Notes: generated by a model from the sequence alone, not told the origin. A stretch of DNA of 24,000 nucleotides from Paenibacillus xylanexedens (GCF_017874615.1 NZ_JAGIKV010000015.1:63890-87889); one strand, 5' to 3'; counted from the stretch's first letter, positions 8,302 to 15,585 are shown. Made by a program: numbers and translations.

Positions 8302-8517
8302 CTATTTTCTACGCCGAGCCTTCGTCATTCGATTAAACATAATCAGTGCAGCAATAATCATGGCTATCATGGCAATATTACTCGCCACTTCTTGTGATAA
8401 TCCGAAAAGAACTCCCAGGTTAGTCACCAGGCCTCTTACAATCAGCGCCACCACAACCAGCAGGATTGGACTCAAAAAATTATAATTTCTCATTCCTCGC
8501 AACACCCCTGACCCCAT
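8302..8517 (-). CDS. small hydrophobic protein with two predicted TM helices (start codon uncertain)
   Basis: 71-aa ORF with two hydrophobic stretches (FLSPILLVVVALIVRGLVTNLGVLFGL and IAMIAMIIAALIMF) and a basic tail (KARRRK). A strong terminator follows. No convincing RBS exists for any candidate start. Confidence 0.55.
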   Translation of the reverse strand: MGSGVLRGMRNYNFLSPILLVVVALIVRGLVTNLGVLFGLSQEVASNIAMIAMIIAALIMFNRMTKARRRK

Positions 8518-8573
8518 TGTTCAGAACTACGAATCTCATAACACTATCATAACAGTAGCTATTCCGTGTTACA

Positions 8574-8604
8574 ACAAAGGACACCCGCGTACAGTGTCCT
8601 TTGT
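8574..8604 (-). terminator. Hairpin downstream of the GH3 gene (possible terminator)
   Basis: Perfect 11-bp stem ACAAAGGACAC / GTGTCCTTTGT with a 9-nt loop. The trailing sequence on the minus strand is only weakly T-rich (TTGTAAC). Confidence 0.5.
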
Positions 8605-8682
8605 CATATACCAACGTATTCTGCTTTGGATGACAGAACAACCTTTCGATTGCTCTTATCACCTGATATTTCCGATTATCTT

Positions 8683-11466
8683 CTACACCTGTTTGAATTC
8701 GATCCAGTCAATCTGGAGACCTGGTTTGGTGAAGTCCAGTTTCAATTCATACAGTCCTGCTTCAAGATCTACTTTGACAAGTTTCTGTCTGATCCATTTG
8801 CCTTCTGTACCATTCGTTTGGATGGTGGTCACCAACTGATCATTCAGGAGCAGGTTACATGCACTTTGAGCCAGTTCCGGCTCAGGGGACATGATCTGTA
8901 CGATAATCCGGTAATGGCCGGCCTGATCCACTTTCATATAGACGGGTTCAGCTACCGCAGGTTTCACCTGTGCGTTCTCAACCAGATCCTGAGCTTGTGC
9001 AGCAGATAGGGATGCATTCGCTTGGAACGAAGCGACGTTCTCCACGATCTCGTGTTTTCTGCCGGACACTGGTGCATTCATGATGAACTTGCAGATGTTA
9101 ATCGCGGAACGTTGCAGTTCTCCGCGCGTAAGTGTTCCATTTTCCAAGGATTCAATCGTGTTGTCGTCCCAGCCATTGATCTCTGCGCCGTAGTTCGGTA
9201 CAACCATGTAGAGATCATTCTGCGCACGAATCATCCAGTTGGTGTATTTGCGATCAGCCTCGCCACCTTCGGTCACATCATTCATAATCGCCCACCAGTC
9301 GGTCATTACGATTCCGTCGAAATTCCATTCGCCACGCAAAATCGTGGTGTTCAGGTCGTAGTTGGATGCCGCCCAGTGTCCGTTAACCGGGTTGTAAGAA
9401 GTCATGATGGAGTTGGCTCCGCCTTCTTTTACAGCGATTTCGAACCCTTTCAGGTAAATTTCACGCAGTGCACGTTCGGAGACAACAGCATCTACTTTAC
9501 TGCGGTGCTTCTCCTGGTTGTTGCAGGCAAAGTGTTTCAGTGTGGCATTGGAACCACCCTTCATGATACCTTTCGTACATGCTGCGGCAAATACACCCGA
9601 GATCAGTGGATCTTCAGAGAAGTACTCAAAGTTCCGGCCATTGAGCGGGCTCCGGCGGATATTGAGTCCAGGTCCGAGCAGGGTATCCACCTGATTTCTC
9701 AGCAATTCCTGTCCTTCCATCACATACAACTCTTCAACAAGATCCTTGTTCCATGTCGCCGCAAGCAACGTACCAATGGATACCTGTGTTGCTTTCTCGC
9801 CACTATCCATACGAATACCGGACGGGCCATCTGCCGTACATGCTACCGGAATACCGTAGTTAAACAGGCTGTCGCTGACACCACCAAATGCAGATGCCGT
9901 TCCCGAAGTAACGAGCGGACTGCTCATGCCTTCACCACGGACAATCGCCGCCAGATCCTGATCACTCAGTTGAGCGATGAAGGTTTCCAGACTCACTTTG
10001 CCAGCCTTAACGTCACTCAGCTTGTAGCCCTGATTACCCGTCTGCTCCAGCGTTTGCGGGAGATTCTGCTCAATCCGGTTCGCCATGGATATCTTACGTT
10101 TCGGTACTTCTGCATAAGTCAGTTCATAAGATCCATCTTCCTTGCGCGAACCTGGTTTCATCCGTGTAAAATCTTCAGTTGGGGCCATCGCTTCTTGCAG
10201 TTGCTCCACTAATTGAAGGGATTCAATCACATATCCATCCTGGCCATCAATGCTGATATGCTCCACTTGTTTCACACTGGTTCCTACATGCAGTCGGTAT
10301 GTGCCTTCTTCCAGAACATATGCGGAAGCATGACCTGTAACACCGGCATCATCGTAAGATGCCATGGCATGAATCGGGAAGCTGATCGTCAGAATTTCTG
10401 ACTCACCCGGCTGCAACAATCCTGTTTTACCAAAAGCCACCAACGCCTTCGCCGGTTGTCCCAGTTTGCCTTGTGGTGCTTCATAATAAACTTGCACAAC
10501 CTCTTTGCCCGCATATGTTGTACCTGAGTTGGTCACATTTACACGAACTTCGATGTAGGTTTCGCCGTCTTTGGACACTGATTTTGCTTCTTCGTGTTGA
10601 GCCAAAAACGTCGTATAAGACAGGCCGTAACCGAATTCAAACTGAACGCGCTCAGGTCGAAACGTTTCGAAATAACGATAACCTACATAGATATCTTCCT
10701 GATACAGGTTCTTGAACTCATTGCCGTAGTTGCTTGTCGAAGGGTAATCTTCAATGGAATAAGCAATCGTATCTGTCAGTTTACCGCTTGGTGTAACGTC
10801 CCCCGCCAGCACATCGGCAATCGCATTACCACCCTCCATACCGCCATGCCAGGAGTAAATTACACCTTGGATTGGATGTAGATACGTTTCGTTTAACCAG
10901 CTCATGTCGATGATATTTGAGACATTCAACACAACGATTGTGTGTTCAAATTGCGAAGTAACTTGCTTCAACATCGCTTTCTCATCTTCTGTCAGTTGGT
11001 AACTTCCTGGCGCATCCGCATTATCCTGGTCTTCTCCTGCTGTACGTCCAATCACGATAATGGCTTTGCTGGATTTGCTTCTGGCCTGTGCAACCAGTTC
11101 ATCCGTCAAAGGCATTTCTTTCTGATTCCATGGCTCGGCCGCCCATACTTTTCCGCCATCATCAAATGGATTTTCTTCAATCCACTTCTCATAGACAGCT
11201 GCCAGTTCTTCATTCACCGTTATATTCTTTTTGCTTCGCAGACCATCCAATAGATTCGTTGTGTAGGCCACATGTACACTACCGCCTGAACCCGTGCCGC
11301 TCCGATAATAATTGACTTGAATCCGTCCAAAAACTGAAACGTTTTCGTTTTCACGAAGTGGAAGCACTTGGCCTTCATTTCTGAGTAAAACGGCTCCTTC
11401 AGCGGCAACCGTACGACTAAACTCTGCAAACCCTTCCAATGGAACTCCGATTTGATGTGTGCTCAA
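8683..11466 (-). CDS. GH3 family beta-glucosidase/beta-xylosidase-like enzyme with permuted domain order and a C-terminal CBM-like domain
   Basis: 927 aa with a TTG start (rc of 11464-11466) 6 nt after GGAGGG. The N-terminal half carries GH3 C-domain motifs (AVLLRNEGQVLPL, IVIGRTAGEDQD, GYGLSYTTF) and an Fn3-like segment. The catalytic (beta/alpha)8 motifs come second (GPGLNIRRSPLNGRNFEYFSEDP, KHFACNNQE, VMTDW). The tail ends ...LQIDWIEFKQV. Confidence 0.92.
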   Translation of the reverse strand: MSTHQIGVPLEGFAEFSRTVAAEGAVLLRNEGQVLPLRENENVSVFGRIQVNYYRSGTGSGGSVHVAYTTNLLDGLRSKKNITVNEELAAVYEKWIEENPFDDGGKVWAAEPWNQKEMPLTDELVAQARSKSSKAIIVIGRTAGEDQDNADAPGSYQLTEDEKAMLKQVTSQFEHTIVVLNVSNIIDMSWLNETYLHPIQGVIYSWHGGMEGGNAIADVLAGDVTPSGKLTDTIAYSIEDYPSTSNYGNEFKNLYQEDIYVGYRYFETFRPERVQFEFGYGLSYTTFLAQHEEAKSVSKDGETYIEVRVNVTNSGTTYAGKEVVQVYYEAPQGKLGQPAKALVAFGKTGLLQPGESEILTISFPIHAMASYDDAGVTGHASAYVLEEGTYRLHVGTSVKQVEHISIDGQDGYVIESLQLVEQLQEAMAPTEDFTRMKPGSRKEDGSYELTYAEVPKRKISMANRIEQNLPQTLEQTGNQGYKLSDVKAGKVSLETFIAQLSDQDLAAIVRGEGMSSPLVTSGTASAFGGVSDSLFNYGIPVACTADGPSGIRMDSGEKATQVSIGTLLAATWNKDLVEELYVMEGQELLRNQVDTLLGPGLNIRRSPLNGRNFEYFSEDPLISGVFAAACTKGIMKGGSNATLKHFACNNQEKHRSKVDAVVSERALREIYLKGFEIAVKEGGANSIMTSYNPVNGHWAASNYDLNTTILRGEWNFDGIVMTDWWAIMNDVTEGGEADRKYTNWMIRAQNDLYMVVPNYGAEINGWDDNTIESLENGTLTRGELQRSAINICKFIMNAPVSGRKHEIVENVASFQANASLSAAQAQDLVENAQVKPAVAEPVYMKVDQAGHYRIIVQIMSPEPELAQSACNLLLNDQLVTTIQTNGTEGKWIRQKLVKVDLEAGLYELKLDFTKPGLQIDWIEFKQV

Positions 11467-11801
11467 TGATTTCCCTCCTGATTGTCATCCCCATATCTAC
11501 GAATCGCTATATATAAAATGAACTAACCAAGCGCACACTCATTTTATAAAAAGAGATTCTATGATCTGGTAGATTCACTTGTACATAGTCTCATATTAAC
11601 AGATTCTATAGAAGAAATTAAATTAGATTTGTGCTTTTGAGAAGAAATTACCCTAACGTCAAAAGTTGCAGACACAATTACGCCGTTCCACGATGTAAGA
11701 ACACGCTCATTCAATCAATTATTCGTTAAGAATACAATGATTCAAGGATAATATTTAGGGAATTATTTCCGATAAACGTATGGATAATATCTCTCATTTT
11801 G

Positions 11802-11829
11802 TTGAACTAAAAGGCTTTTGTGGTATACT
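11802..11829 (+). promoter_or_regulatory. sigmaA-type promoter with extended -10
   Basis: TTGAAC (11802-11807), a 16-nt spacer whose last three bases are TGG (extended -10 TGn), then TATACT (11824-11829). It lies just upstream of the tandem repeat units. Confidence 0.6.
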
Positions 11830-11842
11830 AGTGATATCAACA

Positions 11843-12060
11843 AATTTGGAGCGTACTGTGCTCACCAGGGTTGCAACCCTTGGTTCCACTCCGCAGTGGA
11901 CTTTAAATAAGATGCGGAATAGAGTAATTAGTTGCATAACACACGGTAATACGGAATATACTATATTTGGACCCTTAGGGTCACTGGGGAAGGCGACCCC
12001 TAGTTCCACTCCGCGGTGGACTTTAAATAAGACGCGGAACAGAGCTTTTAGTCGCCACCA
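11843..12060 (+). ncRNA. Two tandem ~120-nt structured repeat units (candidate non-coding RNA; possible RNA antitoxin or cis-regulatory leader)
   Basis: The conserved cores are 11862-11935 and 11981-12055, with TTCCAC at 11884 and 12004 (period 120). Each core has hairpin P1 (CCAGGG..CCCTTGG versus CTGGGG..CCCCTAG) and hairpin P2 (TCCAC-TCCGCR-GTGGA). Each P2 loop is complementary to a downstream hexamer (TCCGCA/TGCGGA and TCCGCG/CGCGGA). Substitutions between the units are compensatory. Confidence 0.6.
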
Positions 12061-12074
12061 TATTATAATTGTGA

Positions 12075-12107
12075 AGGCGCTGGTTCTATCTACCTAGCGT
12101 CTTTTTT
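12075..12107 (+). terminator. Modest intrinsic terminator between the repeat RNA and the downstream CDS
   Basis: AGGCGCTGG - 10-nt loop - CTAGCGTCT forms 9 bp including two G-U pairs, followed by a T6 run (12102-12107). Confidence 0.5.
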
Positions 12108-12139
12108 AGTTTGTAAATAGAAACTGTGAGGGAACCTAT

Positions 12140-12817
12140 ATGCTCGAAAGGATATCACATGTCCACGACTTAAACTCACTAGATGTAAAACCAAGAATAG
12201 ATCAGATTAACCTAAAATTGCTCCTCGACTACTACATAAGCTATCTATTACCATATCGATTTACATACCACTTGGGAGACGGCTCCGTACTTCACTTAGA
12301 TTTTAACAAAGAAAACTTTTGTCATCTTGTAGGCTTACAAAGTATTGTCAATAAAACTTTGAAGGAACGCGCAGCTTCAAAATATAAGGGCATGCCAGGT
12401 TTCAATGGTGTTATGAACGGTATAATTACGTTTGAAGATTTAAAAAAGAAAAACAAGGGTGGATTCAATAGTGTAAAAAGTAAATTAGTTAATTTCCATC
12501 TCATTCCCAAGCTACTTATGTCTTCAACACAAGTCGTTTACTACACTCAACCTGTTAATAGTATTAATTGTGCCCTATTAATATTTGATGTGTATCACAA
12601 TGCTTACATCCATCTTGGAATAGATAAAATAGTGGAAGGAACATATGTAGCAAGAACGTTTCTTATCGAACCGATAACACAAAAAAATTCGGGCACTACG
12701 TTCATTGATGGTCAAAAAGGACCCATACCCATTGTTAAGACCTTAAAAATGTTAAGACCCGATACACAAGTAGCCTCTACTGCTATCAACATCTCTGAAT
12801 CATCAGATAACTATTAA
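12140..12817 (+). CDS. hypothetical 225-aa protein; tentative BECR-fold (PBECR4-like) nuclease or toxin candidate
   Basis: GAGGGA RBS (12128-12133) lies 6 nt before the ATG. The ORF is AT-rich. Motifs include DFNKENFCHLVGL and NAYIHLGI. No signal peptide or TM segment is apparent. The family assignment comes from memory of an F-x-HL-x-G motif in PBECR-type proteins and is unverified. Confidence 0.75.
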   Translation: MLERISHVHDLNSLDVKPRIDQINLKLLLDYYISYLLPYRFTYHLGDGSVLHLDFNKENFCHLVGLQSIVNKTLKERAASKYKGMPGFNGVMNGIITFEDLKKKNKGGFNSVKSKLVNFHLIPKLLMSSTQVVYYTQPVNSINCALLIFDVYHNAYIHLGIDKIVEGTYVARTFLIEPITQKNSGTTFIDGQKGPIPIVKTLKMLRPDTQVASTAINISESSDNY

Positions 12818-12847
12818 TGGTGTCTCATCTGGAATCGATTTCAGGTA

Positions 12848-12904
12848 CAAACTAAATAACCGTTCTCCGGTATACTACTGGAAAACGGTTATTTAGTTTG
12901 TTTT
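12848..12904 (+). terminator. Strong intrinsic terminator (long hairpin plus T-run)
   Basis: CAAACTAAATAACCGTT (12848-12864) is perfectly complementary to AACGGTTATTTAGTTTG (12884-12900). The stem extends inward, and TTTT follows at 12901-12904. Confidence 0.8.
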
Positions 12905-12938
12905 GCTACCTAGAAGGCTATAGAATTCCTTTGATATA

Positions 12939-14027
12939 TTAAGTCGTAAGTTTCGCATACACCAGGAAGAATAACATGTCTTCGCCCATGATGACATAAC
13001 CCGGAACCCGGTAGACCAGATCAACAAGGACAAATGCCACCAGTAATCCCACCATGACTGCCAGATGACGTGGCCGGAGTCGTAGATGTGCGTGTCTATA
13101 ACGATGGAACACAAGTGAGGTCGACAAGAAATACAGTAGCGCTGATCCAAATACAAATCCTATCATGAACACATAGTTTAACTGATTCTGATATAACAGC
13201 TGAATGGACGCAGCGATCATACTCATAGAGATGTAGATGAACAGATGGCCGTATATGATCGCTTGCCCGGCAGTCTGAATCTCTTTGCTGACCTTTTTCT
13301 CCACGTTGTCGAAGTATTGCCACCATATCGCAATGACAAAGATGGATGTAAAGGCGGCAAACAGAATGGATTTCATATCCCAATGATCGGCTTGCAGCAC
13401 CGCAATAATGCTTACCACCGATTCACCCAACAGGATGAGTGTAAAGAGCGCGAAACGTTCCAACAAGTGATGGGTCTGAACCGGTACCTTCACCAGATTT
13501 TTGCGTCCGATCAGCGGAAGCACAATGTCCACAGCAATCCCCGCATACAAAATCACGTAGCGTAACCAGGAATCGAAGAACAATGAACCTGATGAGATCA
13601 ATATGCCAATAAGGAAACAGATACCCAAGTAACGAGCCGCTTGCTGCTGATGCTCGCCTTTTGACTTGTGAGCCGTCAGATACTGAATCGCCGTAAATGC
13701 CCGTGAGCCGATATATCCAATGAAGAAGGACAAGTAGTATTGGTCAAAATGGGTAGAGAGGCTTGCCGTCATGACCATAACGGACAGAAGCTGAAGGATG
13801 AGGAATATTCGATGGATCAGGATATCTTGACCATAGCGGTTAATAAACAAGGTCTGACCGACCCATGCCCACCAAACAGGGATAAAAATAAGCACAAACT
13901 TCATTAAATATTCAAACGTAATTACTCCATGTTCGGCATGTAACAAGACATGACCCGCTTTGGAGACCGCTGCTACAAAGAGCAGATCGTAAAACAGCTC
14001 CAGCCAGGTAACCTTTTTCTCCATCAT
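12939..14027 (-). CDS. ltrA: low temperature requirement protein A (LtrA) family membrane protein
   Basis: 362-aa polytopic hydrophobic ORF. The N-terminal VTWLELFYDLLFVAAV matches the LtrA signature (W/LELFFDLVFV). AAAGGAG RBS at 9-nt spacing. Confidence 0.85.
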   Translation of the reverse strand: MMEKKVTWLELFYDLLFVAAVSKAGHVLLHAEHGVITFEYLMKFVLIFIPVWWAWVGQTLFINRYGQDILIHRIFLILQLLSVMVMTASLSTHFDQYYLSFFIGYIGSRAFTAIQYLTAHKSKGEHQQQAARYLGICFLIGILISSGSLFFDSWLRYVILYAGIAVDIVLPLIGRKNLVKVPVQTHHLLERFALFTLILLGESVVSIIAVLQADHWDMKSILFAAFTSIFVIAIWWQYFDNVEKKVSKEIQTAGQAIIYGHLFIYISMSMIAASIQLLYQNQLNYVFMIGFVFGSALLYFLSTSLVFHRYRHAHLRLRPRHLAVMVGLLVAFVLVDLVYRVPGYVIMGEDMLFFLVYAKLTT

Positions 14028-14143
14028 CCTTCGTTGCTCCTTTGGTTTTTCTCATACTACAACGCCTGTTGCTCACTCAGTACCTAAATCGCTGACTTGG
14101 TGACGCGCCCAGAGGAAAAGCTCTGAGCGCCATCTACCTTACT

Positions 14144-15097
14144 TCATTGTACTGTAGCAGGTACGAGTGTTCTTACCTCGATCGGTTGCAGATTGTCCTC
14201 AATTTGAGGGCGGTATTTCTCGAACCATTCAGGCAGCATCAATTTTTGTCCAAGCGAATCAGCAGGTTCATCTTTGGCAAAGCCCGGAGGATCTGTAGCA
14301 ATTTCAAACAGAATGCCGCCAGCTTCTCTGAAGTAGATTGCGTTAAAGTACTGACGATCCCGCACTGGAGTCGGTTGGTACCCGTAATCACGTACAGCTT
14401 CACTCCACTGTGCATGCTCTTCATCGTCTTTGGCGCGCCATGCAATATGGTGCACGGTACCTGCGCCACCCATACCCAGAGCCATACGGGTCACTGGAAC
14501 ATCTACGACATTACCGATATCCCCGCTGGACCGGAAACGAGCATACTCTTCATTTTCACTTACTCTGACAAATCCCAAAATTTTCTCAAGAGCATCCATC
14601 GTTCTTTGCGGGTTAACACTGAACAGGACAGCACCACCGAAGCCTTTGATTGCTTTATCTGTTGGAATGCCCTCGTGCGCCCAAGTGCTGGTTGCTCCCT
14701 CTTCCCGTTCAACAAGCTCAAGCCGCAGGCCTTCGCCATCTTCGAATTGAAGCAGGTCTTCATTGAAGCGACTTGTTTTGGTTACCTCAATGTTATACTG
14801 TTCCAGCCGATTCTGCCAGAAGCCAATCGATCCAGGAGGAATGACATAGGAAGTGATGCCGACCTGGCCTCCACCAATTTTCCCCCGTGGTGATCCAGCG
14901 GATGGGAAGAAGGTAATGATGGTACCTGGGCTTCCATGTTCATCGCCAAAATACAGATGATATACATCAGGTGCATCGAAGTTGATTGTTTTTTTCACCA
15001 GACGAAGTCCCAGAACTCCGGCATAAAAATCAACGTTGGCCTGTGGATCTCCTGCGAAAGCTGTAATATGGTGAATACCTGCTGTTTGAATAGTCAT
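14144..15097 (-). CDS. ring-cleaving dioxygenase, glyoxalase/VOC superfamily (MhqA/MhqO-like)
   Basis: 317-aa ORF. GIHHITAFAGDPQANVDFYAGVLGLRLVKKTINFDAPDVYHLYFGD is the typical start of Bacillus MhqA/MhqE/MhqO-type dioxygenases. A second VOC repeat contains HHIAWRA. AAGGAGGAA RBS. Confidence 0.88.
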   Translation of the reverse strand: MTIQTAGIHHITAFAGDPQANVDFYAGVLGLRLVKKTINFDAPDVYHLYFGDEHGSPGTIITFFPSAGSPRGKIGGGQVGITSYVIPPGSIGFWQNRLEQYNIEVTKTSRFNEDLLQFEDGEGLRLELVEREEGATSTWAHEGIPTDKAIKGFGGAVLFSVNPQRTMDALEKILGFVRVSENEEYARFRSSGDIGNVVDVPVTRMALGMGGAGTVHHIAWRAKDDEEHAQWSEAVRDYGYQPTPVRDRQYFNAIYFREAGGILFEIATDPPGFAKDEPADSLGQKLMLPEWFEKYRPQIEDNLQPIEVRTLVPATVQ

Positions 15098-15144
15098 GAT
15101 TAATTCCTCCTTGGTTTGGTAAGTGATTTATAGTAAGTTTGTAT

Positions 15145-15162
15145 TATCTTTAAATTAAGATA
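15145..15162. promoter_or_regulatory. 18-bp palindrome TATCTT-TAAATT-AAGATA (candidate MarR/MhqR-type operator), copy 1
   Basis: It lies 48-65 nt upstream of the dioxygenase start codon in its promoter region. The half-sites TATCT and AGATA are separated by 8 nt. Confidence 0.55.
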
Positions 15163-15183
15163 TATGGTCTGGCGAGTTATATT

Positions 15184-15414
15184 CTAGTCGTTATTTTTAT
15201 TGGCCTGTTCTTGTTTCAATTTATCAGGAGTCACGTCATCGCCGTTTGGATCATAGATGGTTGCATTCAGCAGAATGTCGTTGACCGAACCGCGAAAAGT
15301 TTGCAGATATTCCTGGCGAAGACGAACCTGTTCCTCTTTCTCCATCTCCGTCAATCCGCCCTCTTTGGCTTTTCTTGAAAGTTCATTTATTCTGGTCAAT
15401 GTTGGGATAATCAT
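15184..15414 (-). CDS. DUF896 / UPF0291 family protein (YnzC-like)
   Basis: 76-aa ORF. RINELSRKAKEGGLTEMEKEEQVRLRQEYLQTFRGSV...DPNGDDVTPDKLK closely parallels B. subtilis YnzC as recalled. Confidence 0.85.
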   Translation of the reverse strand: MIIPTLTRINELSRKAKEGGLTEMEKEEQVRLRQEYLQTFRGSVNDILLNATIYDPNGDDVTPDKLKQEQANKNND

Positions 15415-15478
15415 CTTGATCTCTCCTTGTGTTATGGATTAAAGATATTTGTCGGTTGCTGTTTATATTTAAATTAAA

Positions 15479-15496
15479 TATCTTAAATTAAAGATA
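15479..15496. promoter_or_regulatory. 18-bp palindrome TATCTT-AAATTA-AAGATA (candidate operator), copy 2
   Basis: It lies 65-82 nt upstream of the DUF896 start. On the minus strand a TTGACA (-35) sits 17 nt upstream of the palindrome's TATCTT half-site, which would act as a -10-like hexamer, so the site overlaps the putative promoter. Confidence 0.55.
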
Positions 15497-15538
15497 AATG
15501 ATTTGTGAGCGGTTGTCAACTCTTTTATAAAAATTAAA

Positions 15539-15585
15539 AAGGGCTAGCTCCGCAGTAATTTCACTTACTACGAACCTAGCCCTTC
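15539..15585 (-). terminator. Intrinsic terminator of the psp-like operon
   Basis: On the minus strand, AAGGGCTAG and CTAGCCCTT are the outer stem arms, with an inner stem (CGTAGTAA / TTACTGCG). The sequence TTTTTAATTTTTAT follows. Confidence 0.7.

Noticed and set aside
9022-10212. 396-aa plus-strand ORF
   Set aside because: This is an antisense shadow ORF inside the GH3 gene, with no recognisable domain.
11881-11901. tRNA-like T-arm resemblance (GGTTCCACTCC...)
   Set aside because: No acceptor, D or anticodon arms can be drawn around it, and the loop sequence does not fit the T-psi-C consensus (GGTTCGAATCC type).
11862-12055. Possible CRISPR array (two similar ~40-nt segments, each with an internal hairpin)
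   Set aside because: There are only two copies, the period is 120 bp, and the conserved unit is ~75-95 nt with a partly conserved 'spacer'. No cas genes or leader are present, so this is not CRISPR-like.
11780-12097. 105-aa plus-strand ORF spanning the tandem repeats, with repeated peptide ATLGSTPQWTLNKMRNR / ATPSSTPRWTLNKTRNR
   Set aside because: There is no Shine-Dalgarno before its ATG. The best promoter (-10 at 11824-11829) lies inside the ORF, downstream of its start. The peptide repeat is a by-product of the DNA repeat. The nucleotide differences between units are compensatory for base pairs rather than codon-conservative.
14105-14130. Hairpin GCGCCCAGAG-GAAAAG-CTCTGAGCGC downstream of the dioxygenase gene as a terminator
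   Set aside because: The stem is good (9 of 10), but no T-run follows on either strand. It is left uncalled as a terminator and may still be a weak or factor-dependent stop.
14147-14893. 248-aa plus-strand ORF
   Set aside because: It is antisense to the MhqA-like dioxygenase gene, which has strong family motifs on the minus strand.
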